In this document: positions 1-10,713 of the stretch, piece after piece
Layout: every line of letters begins with the position of its first letter
Numbering within the stretch: the first letter of the stretch is position 1
Assembly: GCA_030704615.1 (NCBI GenBank)
Contig: CM060732.1
Location: 60,326,001-60,390,000 of the forward strand
Reading direction: 5' to 3'
From: Takakia lepidozioides
Lineage: Eukaryota > Plantae > Bryophyta
DNA length: 64,000 nt
Notes under the pieces: generated by a model
Seen by the model: only the letters and a program-made list of their open reading frames with translations
The model's database searches: none
Told to the model about the DNA's origin: nothing
Position numbers and translations under genes: made by a program

Positions 1-154
1 CCCTAACTTTCCGGAGTCATGTAGTGATATCCATTACTACAAAGTCATAAAACTAAAACTGTAATGCATTTCAGCGCTCTGTAGTCATGTACCTAATGCA
101 GTTTTTATGACTCCGCCAAACCCGTAGTCCTAAAAACGCTCATCTCTTGTAGTG
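1..154. mobile_element. Terminus of a CACTA (En/Spm) DNA transposon; the rest lies outside the window
   Basis: 141-154 CATCTCTTGTAGTG is the reverse complement of CACTACAAGAGATG, a canonical CACTA TIR. It is preceded by short AGTCAT/ATGACT subterminal repeats in both orientations, and composition changes abruptly after 154. Confidence 0.7.
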
Positions 155-165
155 GTTGCAAGACG

Positions 166-1345
166 ATGGCCTCGGTGCGCAGTACTAGCTGTGTAGCACG
201 CAGAGAGGGAGAAAGTCTGTCGGTGCAAGTTGATTTGGTTTTTGAGATTGAGACTGACCCTGCTTTGGCAGTAGCGACTGATCTTGCTGTCACTAACCCC
301 TCTCGACGTGCGCTGCTTGGCATTGTTGCCTCGCCAATGTCACCCCGGCCTGAACCCAACACTGATGGTCCTGGTCTTGTCGTGCATCTGAATTCAGCTA
401 ACCCTAGATATGATGTTGATGTGAATGAAGCCGAGGTCTGGTCACCAAGAGATGAGAGGTCACCCAACTCTTTAGATAGCTATGATCCCGAGTACTATAA
501 TTTTGACAATTTCTATGATCCAGGTCCTGATTACGAGTGTCTGAGAGAACGGGAGAAGAGTTTGAGAGGGATATTGAGCGCTCTCAGGAGTATGATGAGT
601 CTCTAGGAGAGTTGCTTCCGGAGGATGTGCAGTGGTTTGAAAAGTTTGAAGCATCTGTTCACGAGGATGCTCGTCGTCTAAACAGTCATCACGAAGCGAT
701 TTTCGTGCAACCTGGGTCTAGTTCTGGCTTTGGGAGAGAGAGAGTGCGTTGTGCTAGACCCGAGCCGTCGTGGCCGTCAGAAACTCCCTGTGCTTGCGAC
801 CAGAAGTATTCAAGGCTCGTCTTCTTCATCATCGGCAGGTAGCCTGGGAAGCGCTCGGGCTCCACCTACCATTATCAGTTTGTCGTGAGTCGGGCCTGTG
901 GCAGACGACCGAACGGACAGCAGGCTCGTGACTCTCGTTGCTGCTTGAAGGCTCTGGAGCCTTGTTGTTGCGAGCTCTTCGATTTCACTCCCGGGTCTGT
1001 CGTTACAAGCCCACGACGGTGGACTTGGTGGATGGTCTCGTGGGAGGTAGTTTGCATGTGCAGTCGTCCGACATCGTGATTTTTCCAGGCACCTGCTTTG
1101 AAGAACAGCGTGTCCTCTGCCCTTGCGTTGCAGATCACCTGGATAGTTTTCCCAATTCCTCAGTGTTGTCCCGGACGTGGGAGGATAACGGCACGACGCA
1201 GGTGGGCTTATGGATTAAGGACGAGAGAGAGTGGGAGTGGCTGGCGTTGGCAGTATATAGTTCTGATTCCCACGACCTTCTCAAGCTTCTTTCTTGCTCT
1301 GTATGGACTCCCGAAGCTTCACGGGTGCCGAGCCCAAGGCCGTGA
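166..1345 (+). pseudogene. Frameshifted extra coding-like region upstream of gag, function unknown
   Basis: Successive + strand ORFs (166-606, 537-842, 938-1345) with protein-like composition (acidic Y/D-rich block; W-rich block WIKDEREWEWLALAVY) lie inside the element 5' of gag. No family recognised. Confidence 0.4.
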
Positions 1346-1402
1346 CTGCTCATCCCGGCGGCTTAGAGGTTCTTTTTTTTCCACAATTGTCTTTGTTTTT
1401 GC

Positions 1403-3343
1403 ATGCCAAACGCATCTGCAAGTTCTTGGTTGCGATCTGGTAGACAGAGGTTCATGTCTGGTTTGCAAGAGCCACTCGGGCCGCCTGGCAGAGGCATGCC
1501 TGATATCAGTGGGGAATCAGACAACCTCCAGGCAGGTAACGCCTTGACTGATGACGTTTCCTTGGACTCTGGTAATTTTGAGGAGGACTTAGAACTATTG
1601 CATGATGATGGTGTCGTGAGGATAGATAAGGAGGGCTCTGCTGTTTTGCCCATAGAATCGGGGGTGGCAAAAACCGCAATTCTTCCTACTCAGATTAGTG
1701 GGGCCATGGAGGTTCAAGGTAGTGAGCCCATGGTGCAATCTGGTCATGGACAAGGTAGAATCGGGTTGGTCTCAGACGCTAGGGCTATTGCGAGCAGTAT
1801 GCCGGCCCAGGTTGCTAACTTGAGTCCTAGTGTGTTGCCTGTTGTGAATTTCCCTAGTCCCACTCTCGGGGGAGAGAACTTGTTGCCTGCAAATTCAGGC
1901 ATGCATGTGGGCAGTTTTCCTGTGTTGAATGTGCATGGTGTTGTTCAAGGTGGGGATATCATGATGTAAGGGCCCTCTAGTGTGTCTACTGCTCCGACTC
2001 TTGCCATCACAGGTCAATCAGTGGGGGCCCTTTCTGCTCCACAGGCTGGGGTGCCACCACACCTTGTCTCTAGCTAGTCCATGGGTATACATGTTGGCAA
2101 TGTCCCTCCTAGTGGTCTCAGATCAGTGTCAACACAACCGGTGGGAGTGGCATCCACTCTTCCCATGAGTGGAATGCCACAAACCCACTTGCAGTCGACC
2201 TACCCTGCTGCTCAGCCAAATGTGGCAACACCTGCTCTCCCCATGGGCACGGTGGCGTCACATCTATCAGCTTCAACTGCTGTAGGATCAGCCAGCAATA
2301 ATAATATGGGTTATAATTATGCATCTAATATTGGATATGTGCATGGTAGTGCTGCTCCCATGATTCCCTGTTGCCTTGCTCATGGGTCTGGCCTCCCTGG
2401 TCACATTAACCATAGCCTGCCTTGTCATCTGATCCCTCAGCTGACTACTCAACCTTACCCAGAATATACCATGGGAGAAGACTTTGATAGATATCTTCAG
2501 ATGTTTGAGGTCATTGCTGGTGTCAATGGAGTGCCTGAGAATTTCAAAATGGTGATTTTTAGGATGAGCATGAAGGGACCAGCTCGTGACTTACTACATG
2601 CGGCTGTCATGGATGATCCCAGCCTCAACTGGACAACTCTGGTGGAATGGGAAAAGACCTTGTTCAAACCTCTTGAGAGGCCTTTGGATTGCTTTGCCAA
2701 GCTTTCTGCTAGGACTTACCAACCTGGGGAATCCTTGTGGAAGTATTACATGGATCTTAAATTTGCTGCTGTTGAAAATATCATAGACCCGGCAGAGAGG
2801 GATCGTATGGTTGAAAGGTATTTTCTCCTTGGGTTGCCTTCCACTATTCAGAATTGGGCTCAACGACGGCATTTTATCAATGACAAGACTATGTTAGCAG
2901 AAATTAATCTTAAAATGACAGACTTGGCTGACAGCAAATCAATGCAACATCATGCCAAGTTTCAAGCTCCAATGGGCTCAAAGCTTGGCATGTCTGCAAC
3001 ATCTTCACCCTATATTCCTCCTGCTATGACATGCAAAGCTGATGATTTTACTCTTCAGGGATTGGCTAATACTGTGGGAAGTCTTAGTGAGTATGTTGCC
3101 ACTCGGTTTGCTGCCATGCAGGCTCATCAACAGAGGTGGCAGCCTCGACATAGCCAAGGACCAATAGGTGGTAACAATAGAGGTCGAACCCAGATTGGGC
3201 AAGCTTATGAGGGTAATCGTGCTGCCTGTTACATTTGTGGATCATTTGAACACTCGACGAAGCATTGTCCAGACAGAGCAGGGCTACCAGAACTGATCAA
3301 GAACAAGAAGACAGCTAGTGGCTCTTCCCCTCCTTTAAACTGA
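1403..3343 (+). pseudogene. gag with long low-complexity N-terminus and two in-frame stops
   Basis: ORFs 1403-1969 and 2081-3343 share one frame, separated only by TAA (1967) and TAG (~2075). Capsid-like FDRYLQMFEVIAGVNG..MKGPA and a CCHC knuckle are present. Ends CCT TTA AAC TGA. Confidence 0.8.
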
Positions 3344-3434
3344 AAGATCTCTTGGAAAGGGGGCAAGAGGTCCATCATCTACCAACCCTTCTTCTGTTCC
3401 GATTCAAGCTATTTTATCTACTAACTTTAAAGCT

Positions 3435-3815
3435 TTGCATTGTCCTCTCAGTAGACAGACTGTTGGGCAGCAGATCAGTCCCCTCATGGCCCAGTGCCAT
3501 ATCCACGAGCTCAGTTTTCCCTGTGTGGTTGATACTGGATGCACTATATCTGCTATACCTTTAAGTGTTGTAAGAGTTCTTGGCCTTAAACTATGCCCTG
3601 CCATGGGTATTGAGGTGCTTATTGCAGATGGATCCAGGTATGAGCCCTTAGGACTAGTCAATGTTCCCATCAGAATTCATAAGAAAGAGGTTGTGGTGAC
3701 CTGCATAGTCACCATTGGAGATCAATTCCTTCTAGGCCTTGACTGGATGACTGGAGCTGGTGCCACCATCAGCTTAGCAGACTACACCCTTCTCTTTAAC
3801 AAGGGCATGAAGTAG
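3435..3815 (+). pseudogene. Retropepsin aspartic protease domain of pol
   Basis: FPCVVDTGCTISAI catalytic motif, IADG flap and FLLGLDW C-terminal motif. Confidence 0.9.
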
Positions 3816-4041
3816 TGGTTCCCTTGAAAGCAGTGAAGATCAAGGCTGGGTATGCCACAACCAATTTGTCCAGAGTCCAGGCCCTGGTCAAGGAGGTATA
3901 GCAGAACTCTCACTCCAACCTCAATTGGCATGATTTCTACAAGTATTAGCCTGATCTTCAACTTTTATATCAGTGGCATGATCCTGGTGCTAGAGATAGG
4001 ACAGGGGTGCCACCATAGCCATTCCAAAGAATTCTACTCTG

Positions 4042-4308
4042 ATTCGTGCACCTCTCAACATCACCATCCCCGCCTTGATCCAGAAGGTGGTCAAGTCTGG
4101 TCTGGCCTTCTTGTGTCCAGCTGCTCATTTCCTAGAAGTTGAAGGATGGAGGAAACTGACTGCCCTTAAGCATTGCCTGGTGGCCAATGGTGTTCTAGAT
4201 AGAGGATATCGGCAGGAAGTCAAGATTCTGATTGCTAATCCCGAGCGCTTCCCTGTGATTATCAAAAAGGGGCAGGTTCTGGCTTGCATCACTGCTCTTC
4301 CCATTGCT
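4042..4308 (+). pseudogene. dUTPase-like domain of pol with degenerate motifs
   Basis: Reads IRAPLNITIPP/QKVVKSGLAFLCPAAHFLEVEGWRKLTALKHCLVANGVLDRGYRQEVKILIANPERFPVIIKKGQVLACITALPIA (one frameshift). Follows the trimeric dUTPase pattern IPP..V.TGL..P / GVID.DYRGEI.V.L.N / I..GDRIAQ. Confidence 0.8.
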
Positions 4309-4529
4309 GACATACAAGAGGTGCAAGTTGGTTTTGGACTTGATGCCATTGGCATCCAACATGGCCCCTTAGATGAGGTTGTTGCTTTTGCTGCAGTTGC
4401 ACCACCACTTGTTCCTGATCTCAGCCTAGGAGGTAAGAAGGCCCTCACCAAAGTCTTATCTGAAATCAAGTTGGAAAGTGGAAATGCTTATTGCAAAGAA
4501 TCTAGATGTTTTCAATTTGGGATTCACTG

Positions 4530-5687
4530 ATTTAGGGCACACTCCTATTCTTCAACATGACATTGTCACTAAAGAAACAATTTGCTTACCGAGAGTATCA
4601 AGGAACGTGCTATAATCCAAGAAGAAGTCCAGAAAATGCTTGATGCTGGTGTGATTAAACCTTCAGTCTCCCGCTTCTGTGTTGACTTCAGGAAGTTGAA
4701 TGACATCACAAAAAAATATGCCTACCTTCTACCCAGGATTAATGAAACCTTGGATCAATTGCATGGTGCTACAATTTCCTCCTCTCTTGATCTTGCATCT
4801 GGCTTTTGGCAAGTTCCTCTTACTGAAGCAGCCAAGGAAAAGACCTCATTTGTGTGTCGCATGGGTAAGTACCAATATGAGACCATGCCTTTTGGTTTGT
4901 GCAATGCCACCTCTACATTCCAACGCCTCATGGACATTGTCTTGGGCAATCTTCGCTGGGAGTGTGCTTTAATTTATGTCGATGATATCAATGTTTACTC
5001 AGCCAGTTTTGATGCTCACTTAGCTGATCTCCAGCGTGTTTTCAGCAAATTGCGCACTGCAGGTCTCAAAGTAAAGCCCAAGAAGTGTGAGCTATTCATG
5101 CCTGAGTTGCTCTTCCTTGGTCATATTCTGTCCAAAGATGGTTTGCTTCCTGATCCTGCCAAACTTGAGTCTGTTTGGGGCTTTCCTATCCCCAGGGATA
5201 AACATTGTATCAAATCCTTCCTTGGTCTGGCTTCTTATTATAGGCGCTTCATAAAAAGTTTGCTCACCCTCTGACCAAGGTGTTGTGCAAAGATGCCAGG
5301 TTTGAATGGACCTTCTCCTAGCAAGCTGCCTTTGACACCCTTTGCAAGGCTTTGTGTTCAGCTCCCATCCTGATGTTTCCCAACTTTGAGTTACCTTTCT
5401 TGCTTCAGACTGATGCATCTGATGTTGCCGTCTCTGCAATCTTATGTCAAGTAGTAGAAGGCAAGGAGCATGTCATAGCTTATGCATCTCGTCGTCTAGA
5501 TCGTCATGAAAGGAATTATTCCATATCTGATAAGGAGGGTCTAGCCCTGGTCTTTGGTGTGAAGCATTTTAGGCAATATATTTACATGGCAGCCGGTTTG
5601 TGGTAGAGACTGATCATTTTCCACTAAAGGCTCTTGTTAAGCCAAGGGAACTTCATGGCAGACTTGCTAGATGGGCTATGTACCTGC
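4530..5687 (+). pseudogene. Reverse transcriptase and RNase H N-part of pol
   Basis: RFCVDFRKLN, SLDLASGFWQ, MPFGLCNA, YVDD, FLGH, LQTDAS, ERNYS and RLARWAMYL are present. The SPW.SP.V.V.KKDG segment before RFCVD is deleted; several frameshifts. Confidence 0.92.
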
Positions 5688-6239
5688 GCAGCATGTAGCT
5701 GATCATCCATGACTGCACTACACATAAGAGGTAGACAATGGATTTTAGAGAAGGTGGTCTGGAGTGTCTGCACCTATGATCTCCAGCCAGGGATACCTTC
5801 ACCTCATTTGTTACTACTCATGGACATCCAAATCAGGCCTTGAGGCTCAGGCCAATAGTCACACCGGAGTGCAGCAGCTGAATTACAACAAACTCGGGGG
5901 GCCTAGGAAAGAGAAGGGATAAAACACAACAAGGAACTTCCACCAAACCATCCGAATTCTCGCTAAGCGATAGATCCACCACACATACCAACACACGAAT
6001 AAATCAACCAGGCTCATCTAGCAGGCTAGACCAGCCCCAAGCAGAAAATATGCCATGTGAATCCAGGGCTAAGGGTTGCTGATCTGCACAAAGAAGGTTG
6101 AGAAGAGGGGCAGCATCAGCAGCAACCAGGTCATCCAATGTGAGCATAGGCCTGCTGACAGGAGGATCAACCCGTGTGAGTGCATCAGCATTTGTATTTT
6201 CCTTGCCCTTCTTGTAGACTATATCCATGTCAAATTGCC
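5688..6239 (-). other. Internal 552-bp inversion of pol (RNase H C-terminus plus linker to integrase)
   Basis: The minus strand encodes QFDMDIVYKKGKENTNADALTR. Re-inverting 5688-6239 restores RLARWAMYL-RQFDMDIVYKKG at the left junction and SWMISYML-QSGRSPTGL at the right junction, both in frame. Confidence 0.88.
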
Positions 6240-7484
6240 AATCAGGGCGTTCGCCAACTGGCCTTTCCGAGTCCTTGCATAAACAAATTCTCTATCATGT
6301 GTCTATTCACCGTTTTATGGGTGATAAGCTTTTCAAGGAGTTCAATAGAGGGGGAGTGTCATGCTACTTGGAGGTGCTACCACGGAGCCAGTTGAATGCT
6401 TTATTGGAGCGTTTCCATTGTTCCTTGTATGCGGGTCACCTTGGTATCAAGAAAACTGTGGCCCGCATCCAAGAGGTATACTATTGGCTGGGAATTCACG
6501 GAGTCGTCACCGAGTTCATCTCTAAGTGTGAAGGTTGTCGTGCTAACATTGCTCTCCCTAGGGCCCGGATCTTGTATGAGCTGCAGCCTTTGCCTGTCAC
6601 CCATGCTTTTGCTCGTGTTGGCATTGACTTGGTAGGACCCCTCGCACTCACGTCAAAGGGTCGAAGCTACCTTTGTGTTGCTACCGACTACTTGACTAAG
6701 TGGGTAGAAGTCCGGCCTTTGCGTTCCAAGGCTAGTGATGCTGTAATCAGTTCTTCTTCAATGGGATCCTTATGCAGCATGGGGTGTCCTCGGGAGATAC
6801 TCACGGATCAGGGCAAGGAGTTTTGTAACCAACTCCTCACAGTGGTTTGCTTCAACTTCGGTGTCAAATGCCCCATACCATCCCCAGACCAATGGCCTTA
6901 CGGAACGCTTCAACCAAACTCTTTGCCGCATGTTGGAGAAGAATGGCACACTTACCAGGGAGTGGGGTACCTTTCTTCCTCCTATTCTCTTTGCTTATCG
7001 CACCGTTGTGCATGCTAGCACCAAAACTCCTTTTGAGTTATTGTATGGTCGCAAGTGTGTTTCTCATTTGCATTCTACCTCTCTTATCTCTACTGTTGCT
7101 GATCCGGTTGATCTTGATACCTTTGTTGAGGATCTTCATGCTCGCCATGCGGTGTTTATCCATGATGCCAAGACGAACATTGGTAAGGCTCAACTAACCC
7201 AGGCCCGTACTTTTAACAAGCGCGTCAAGTATTCTAACCTGTTTCAGGTGGGACAGACTGTGTGCGTTCGATTACAACATGGCAAGCATGCATGCAAATC
7301 TAAGCTCAAGATTGACGGTCCCTACTTGATCTATCAGATTTTACGTGGGCGACGTGCTCTTCTTCTTCCCCAAGGCTCTAATACTGAAGTGCGGGATGAA
7401 CCTGTTTCCTTGACAGACTTGGTGCATTCTGAGCTTGTTTTTTATCTTACATGTATCAATGTGGAAGGGCGCACGGTGGGGTGA
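6240..7484 (+). pseudogene. Integrase of the gypsy element, no chromodomain
   Basis: HHCC (FH..AGHLG..CEGC), D-D-E core (IDLVG, TDQG, YHPQTNGLTERFN), TPFELLYGR and GPY motif; two frameshifts. Confidence 0.92.
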
Positions 7485-7788
7485 TATCTTGATCTTCTTA
7501 GCAATCTACTTCAGCTAATCCACTTAGCGGCTTAGTCTTAGTTTGTGGATGATGACTCTTGGGGTCCTCGGGCTTGCCCTCTCTAGGACCTAGAACATTT
7601 CTATGACATCTCACCATTTGTACTCCCTGCACGGTTTTCCTAGCCAAGGGTTTTGTCCTCGGCCCAACTTGCAGGTGCTAGGTTTTCCCTTGGTAGGTTT
7701 TTCACCCAACGGTGGAGGGTGATATTGTCCCCTTATTTGTTTTCCTTCGTGGAGCTCAAGATTTTTCTTGGGGGGTAGGCTTCATAGA

Positions 7789-8363
7789 TGTAAAGCCCCA
7801 TACTTGCTTAAGCCTGGAAATAACCCGTTTCATCCAAAACGGCGATACACATCCATAGTATATTTTTTTGGCGTATAAAGCCGTTAATCCGTTAAAATGA
7901 TATCTAGGTTAGGGTTAGTTTAGGCTGGTGGCTCGATCCTGGCCCTTCATCAGATCTAGGGCTACAAGGCGGCGTCGTGGGTTTTGGCCTATGATGCCTC
8001 GCCACGCGGCAGGCCACTATGGTTAGGGCTTTTGTATAAAGACGGCGCCCTGACACAAGGTCGGGGCGGTGTATTCAGGTGTTAGTGTATATGTGATTTG
8101 GGTGTACAAACTTTGGATGAGAGCTCCTGTGTGTGTCAGATCCGTCTGCTTGATCCTCCTCTCGCGCATTGCCTGCTCTTTCGCTTGCCCCTTTGTTGTG
8201 AAAACACGTTTCTTGAGTATATGCTTCAGGCTCGTTTTGAGGCTTCACAGGCTGGTGATTTATTAAAACTCTTTAAGTTTGAACTCTGCCATAATTGGTA
8301 AAACCTACCGAGCTTTATAAAAAGACCCAAGTGGGCTGACTGTACAACTGGGTATCACCTACA
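7789..8363 (+). repeat. 3' LTR of the dUTPase-bearing gypsy element
   Basis: Starts TGTA just after a GGGGGG purine tract, ends CCTACA (TGTA/TACA inverted termini) and contains a TATAAA near 8035. The partner LTR is not visible, so boundaries are unconfirmed. Confidence 0.6.
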
Positions 8364-8399
8364 GCTTGAAGAAGGTCAGACTACAAGAAAGAGGATGGA

Positions 8400-9380
8400 T
8401 CAGAGAGTGTCGGGAGGCGAGATGAAGCCGCCCCAACAACCTCTGCCCGACGTAAAGATAGATTGAGCTTGAGCCTTTTGCAGAGCAACAGAAACTCGTT
8501 GTCTAAAGAAAGCTACAAGAACAGAGGCGTGTAGGCTTCCAAGGCTTTTGTTTTCCGTTGCACGATGGGCGCATATGCGAAGGAAGTCGTTGAACTGATG
8601 ATGCAAACAACCAAATCTCCACTGCCAAAGGAAGGAATGTGTCTGTGGAGTGACGTGCCCGATAGTCACGCTCATTTCCCTGCGCAACTACTGAAGCAGC
8701 AACTCCCTATGATGAGGCTGCGCGGGGAAGGAGATCCGACCTAGTAGGATCAGCGATGGCAACGTCCGCCACTGTACGCAATCCGTCGTGTGAGAGAACA
8801 ATGTCACCCCGTCATTGAGTGGAATGGTGATCGTGGGTTGATGGGAGTACGTGCACTTGCTCACAAAGGACATGTCGCACAGGGCTAGGCCCGGCAGGAA
8901 TACCCGCGCTCGGGGATCGGGTGGGTGTACGTGCTGCAGCTAGCTCCTCGGGACCCCAACATTGCGAGCAACCGCGGTTGCTGCATCCCGAACAACATCA
9001 TGGGTCGCAGTGCGTTCTCCACCACAGGGGCAACGAAGAAGATGTATGCCGAGTGAATCAATAGGATGGCGACAAACACACTGTTGTAGTCCTAATACAT
9101 AGGGATGCGGAAGACCCAGTCGAACCCGTAGGGAGGTGATAAATACAACATAAGACATATGGAAGGGTGCAATGGTTGGTCGTACCCGTGAGCCACGCGC
9201 CTGCTCTAGGCCCGACGCACAAGAGAAGTCTGGCCCGATGTGTATCTGAAGGAGCATCGGAAAGCATGCTGGAAAAAGAGTGTCGGTGCACACATTCTAT
9301 GATGGTATCCTGTAAGTGCTCAAGACCTTGAGTGACCTACTGTTCGAAGGGTGGCAGACAAGCCTGTGCTTGTGTCCTCT
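8400..9380 (-). mobile_element. 3' remnant of an RLE-clade (CRE-like) non-LTR retrotransposon
   Basis: Minus-strand frames give GAWL..P, zinc knuckle CVCRHPIDSLGIHLLRCPCGGERTATHDVVRD, restriction-like endonuclease RGDIVLSHDGLRTVADVAIADP..VAASVVAQ..FLPLAVE-FG and terminal FRQRVSVALQKAQA. Confidence 0.82.
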
Positions 9381-9587
9381 ATGACCTGAAAACTCTTACT
9401 TCTTACTAACTGAGCCTTTGCCTATGCAAATGTGTAGGCCAGCTGAAGGAAAGAAGAGCAGCACGTGGCGCATATTTTCATTGAGAGAGTTACACGCACC
9501 TCCTCGTGGTGGGGCTTATTTCGGTAATCCCCTCCACTTGAAGGCTTACCGTGCGTGAAGAACGCACCGGGGACGCAGAGGGAACGC

Positions 9588-9669
9588 TGTAATGCACTGG
9601 CCAGCCTGACAGGTAGATTATAGGCTTGTGTAACGCACTGGCCAGCCTGGCGTGTAGATTCACAGGTTT
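9588..9669. repeat. Two-copy ~41-bp tandem repeat
   Basis: TGTAATGCACTGGCCAGCCTGACAGGTAGATT followed by TGTAACGCACTGGCCAGCCTGGCGTGTAGATT. Confidence 0.75.
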
Positions 9670-9933
9670 AAGGTCACCAGGTTCATTTCAGGGAAAAATC
9701 TGAAAGTTCTTTACGAACCTTACAATCTCATCCCCACATAGGGTAAAACACCCTATGACCGTTATAGTTCCTATGACCGTTCACCTCATAATTGCTTGGG
9801 TCAGGCCTGCATGAGCGACCATGGCTGGGCCCAACATTGCTCATTTTTGCCACTTGGCAAACAGTTGTTTGATAGAATCCCCAAGAAATATGAGTGGTCA
9901 TAGGGCTCAAACTTCACACAAGCATTCGGATTG

Positions 9934-10658
9934 TGTCGCGGCCCTTTGCCTTGAGGGCAGGGGGTCGGGACACAAGAGGGGCCGCCCCTGTGGTGGGGGC
10001 AGTGGCAGCGATAGGTATGGGGGGCTGAAGCACCCTTGAGTGCCCAAAGCACTCAAGGAGGCGGAGGCGCTCACTAGGTGGAGCCCCGCACACCGGGTTG
10101 CGGTGGGGGTGGCTCCACAAGGGGTGGTGGTAGCTTAGCGGGACTTAGTGGGGGTGGCATAGGACTCACCCTGGGGCGGAGACCTCGTGGTGCGAGTCGT
10201 GGGGAGTCTTGGGACTCATCACGGTCCATAGGGGCCGTGGTGGGTGGGCCAAGACTCACCACGACTCATCACCGGGAGTCGAGGGTGTTCGTGGTGGTTC
10301 GCCATAAAATGGCATGATTGTTTGTGAAACCCCCGCGGACAGCTACAGAAGTATATATAGGGAGTAGTAACCCCGAGAACGGTGTAAGCCCGTTGGTGAC
10401 CAAAAACTAGTGAGTAAGCGAGCGAGCCGGAAAGCGACCAAAGAGTGGGGAGCTGTTCCGGACTGCCAACTACCAAAGGGAATTCCGCTGGCCCCAAATC
10501 GTTGGAGGGTTCTTTGGGAGATCAAAGGGGGACCGTTATGCCCCGGTGAGCAGCCGGAGCTCCAAGTTGGCCCGGCGGCCAGGTTGGGAGTTAGGCGCGT
10601 GCATCAAGCGAGTAACTATGACTTGAGGGGGGAGCTTACCGAAGTGAGGTGCGCGACA
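9934..10658 (+). repeat. 5' LTR (725 bp)
   Basis: Near-identical to 16160-16874; TATATA box near 10352. Confidence 0.95.
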
Positions 10659-10660
10659 CT

Positions 10661-10672
10661 TGGTATCAGAGC
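10661..10672 (+). promoter_or_regulatory. Primer binding site complementary to initiator tRNA-Met
   Basis: TGGTATCAGAGC two bases after the 5' LTR. Confidence 0.95.
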
Positions 10673-10713
10673 TTAGAGTTCAGTACGCAATCGTCCTTGG
10701 GATTGGCCTCATC

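Larger units (their letters stand above)
155..8363 (+). mobile_element. Degenerate Ty3/gypsy LTR retrotransposon, non-chromoviral; order gag-PR-dUTPase-like-RT-RNaseH-IN; 5' LTR not in window
   Basis: CCHC knuckle CYICGSFEHSTKHC, protease VVDTG, RT YVDD, RNase H TDAS..IAYASR, integrase GHLG..CEGC and GIDLVGP..TDQG. G-rich PPT at 7770-7779, then a TGTA...TACA LTR. Many stops and frameshifts. Confidence 0.92.

Noticed and set aside
1-10. CCCTAA at the window start, and TTAGGGTTAG at ~7909, as telomeric repeats
   Set aside because: Single units only; no array.
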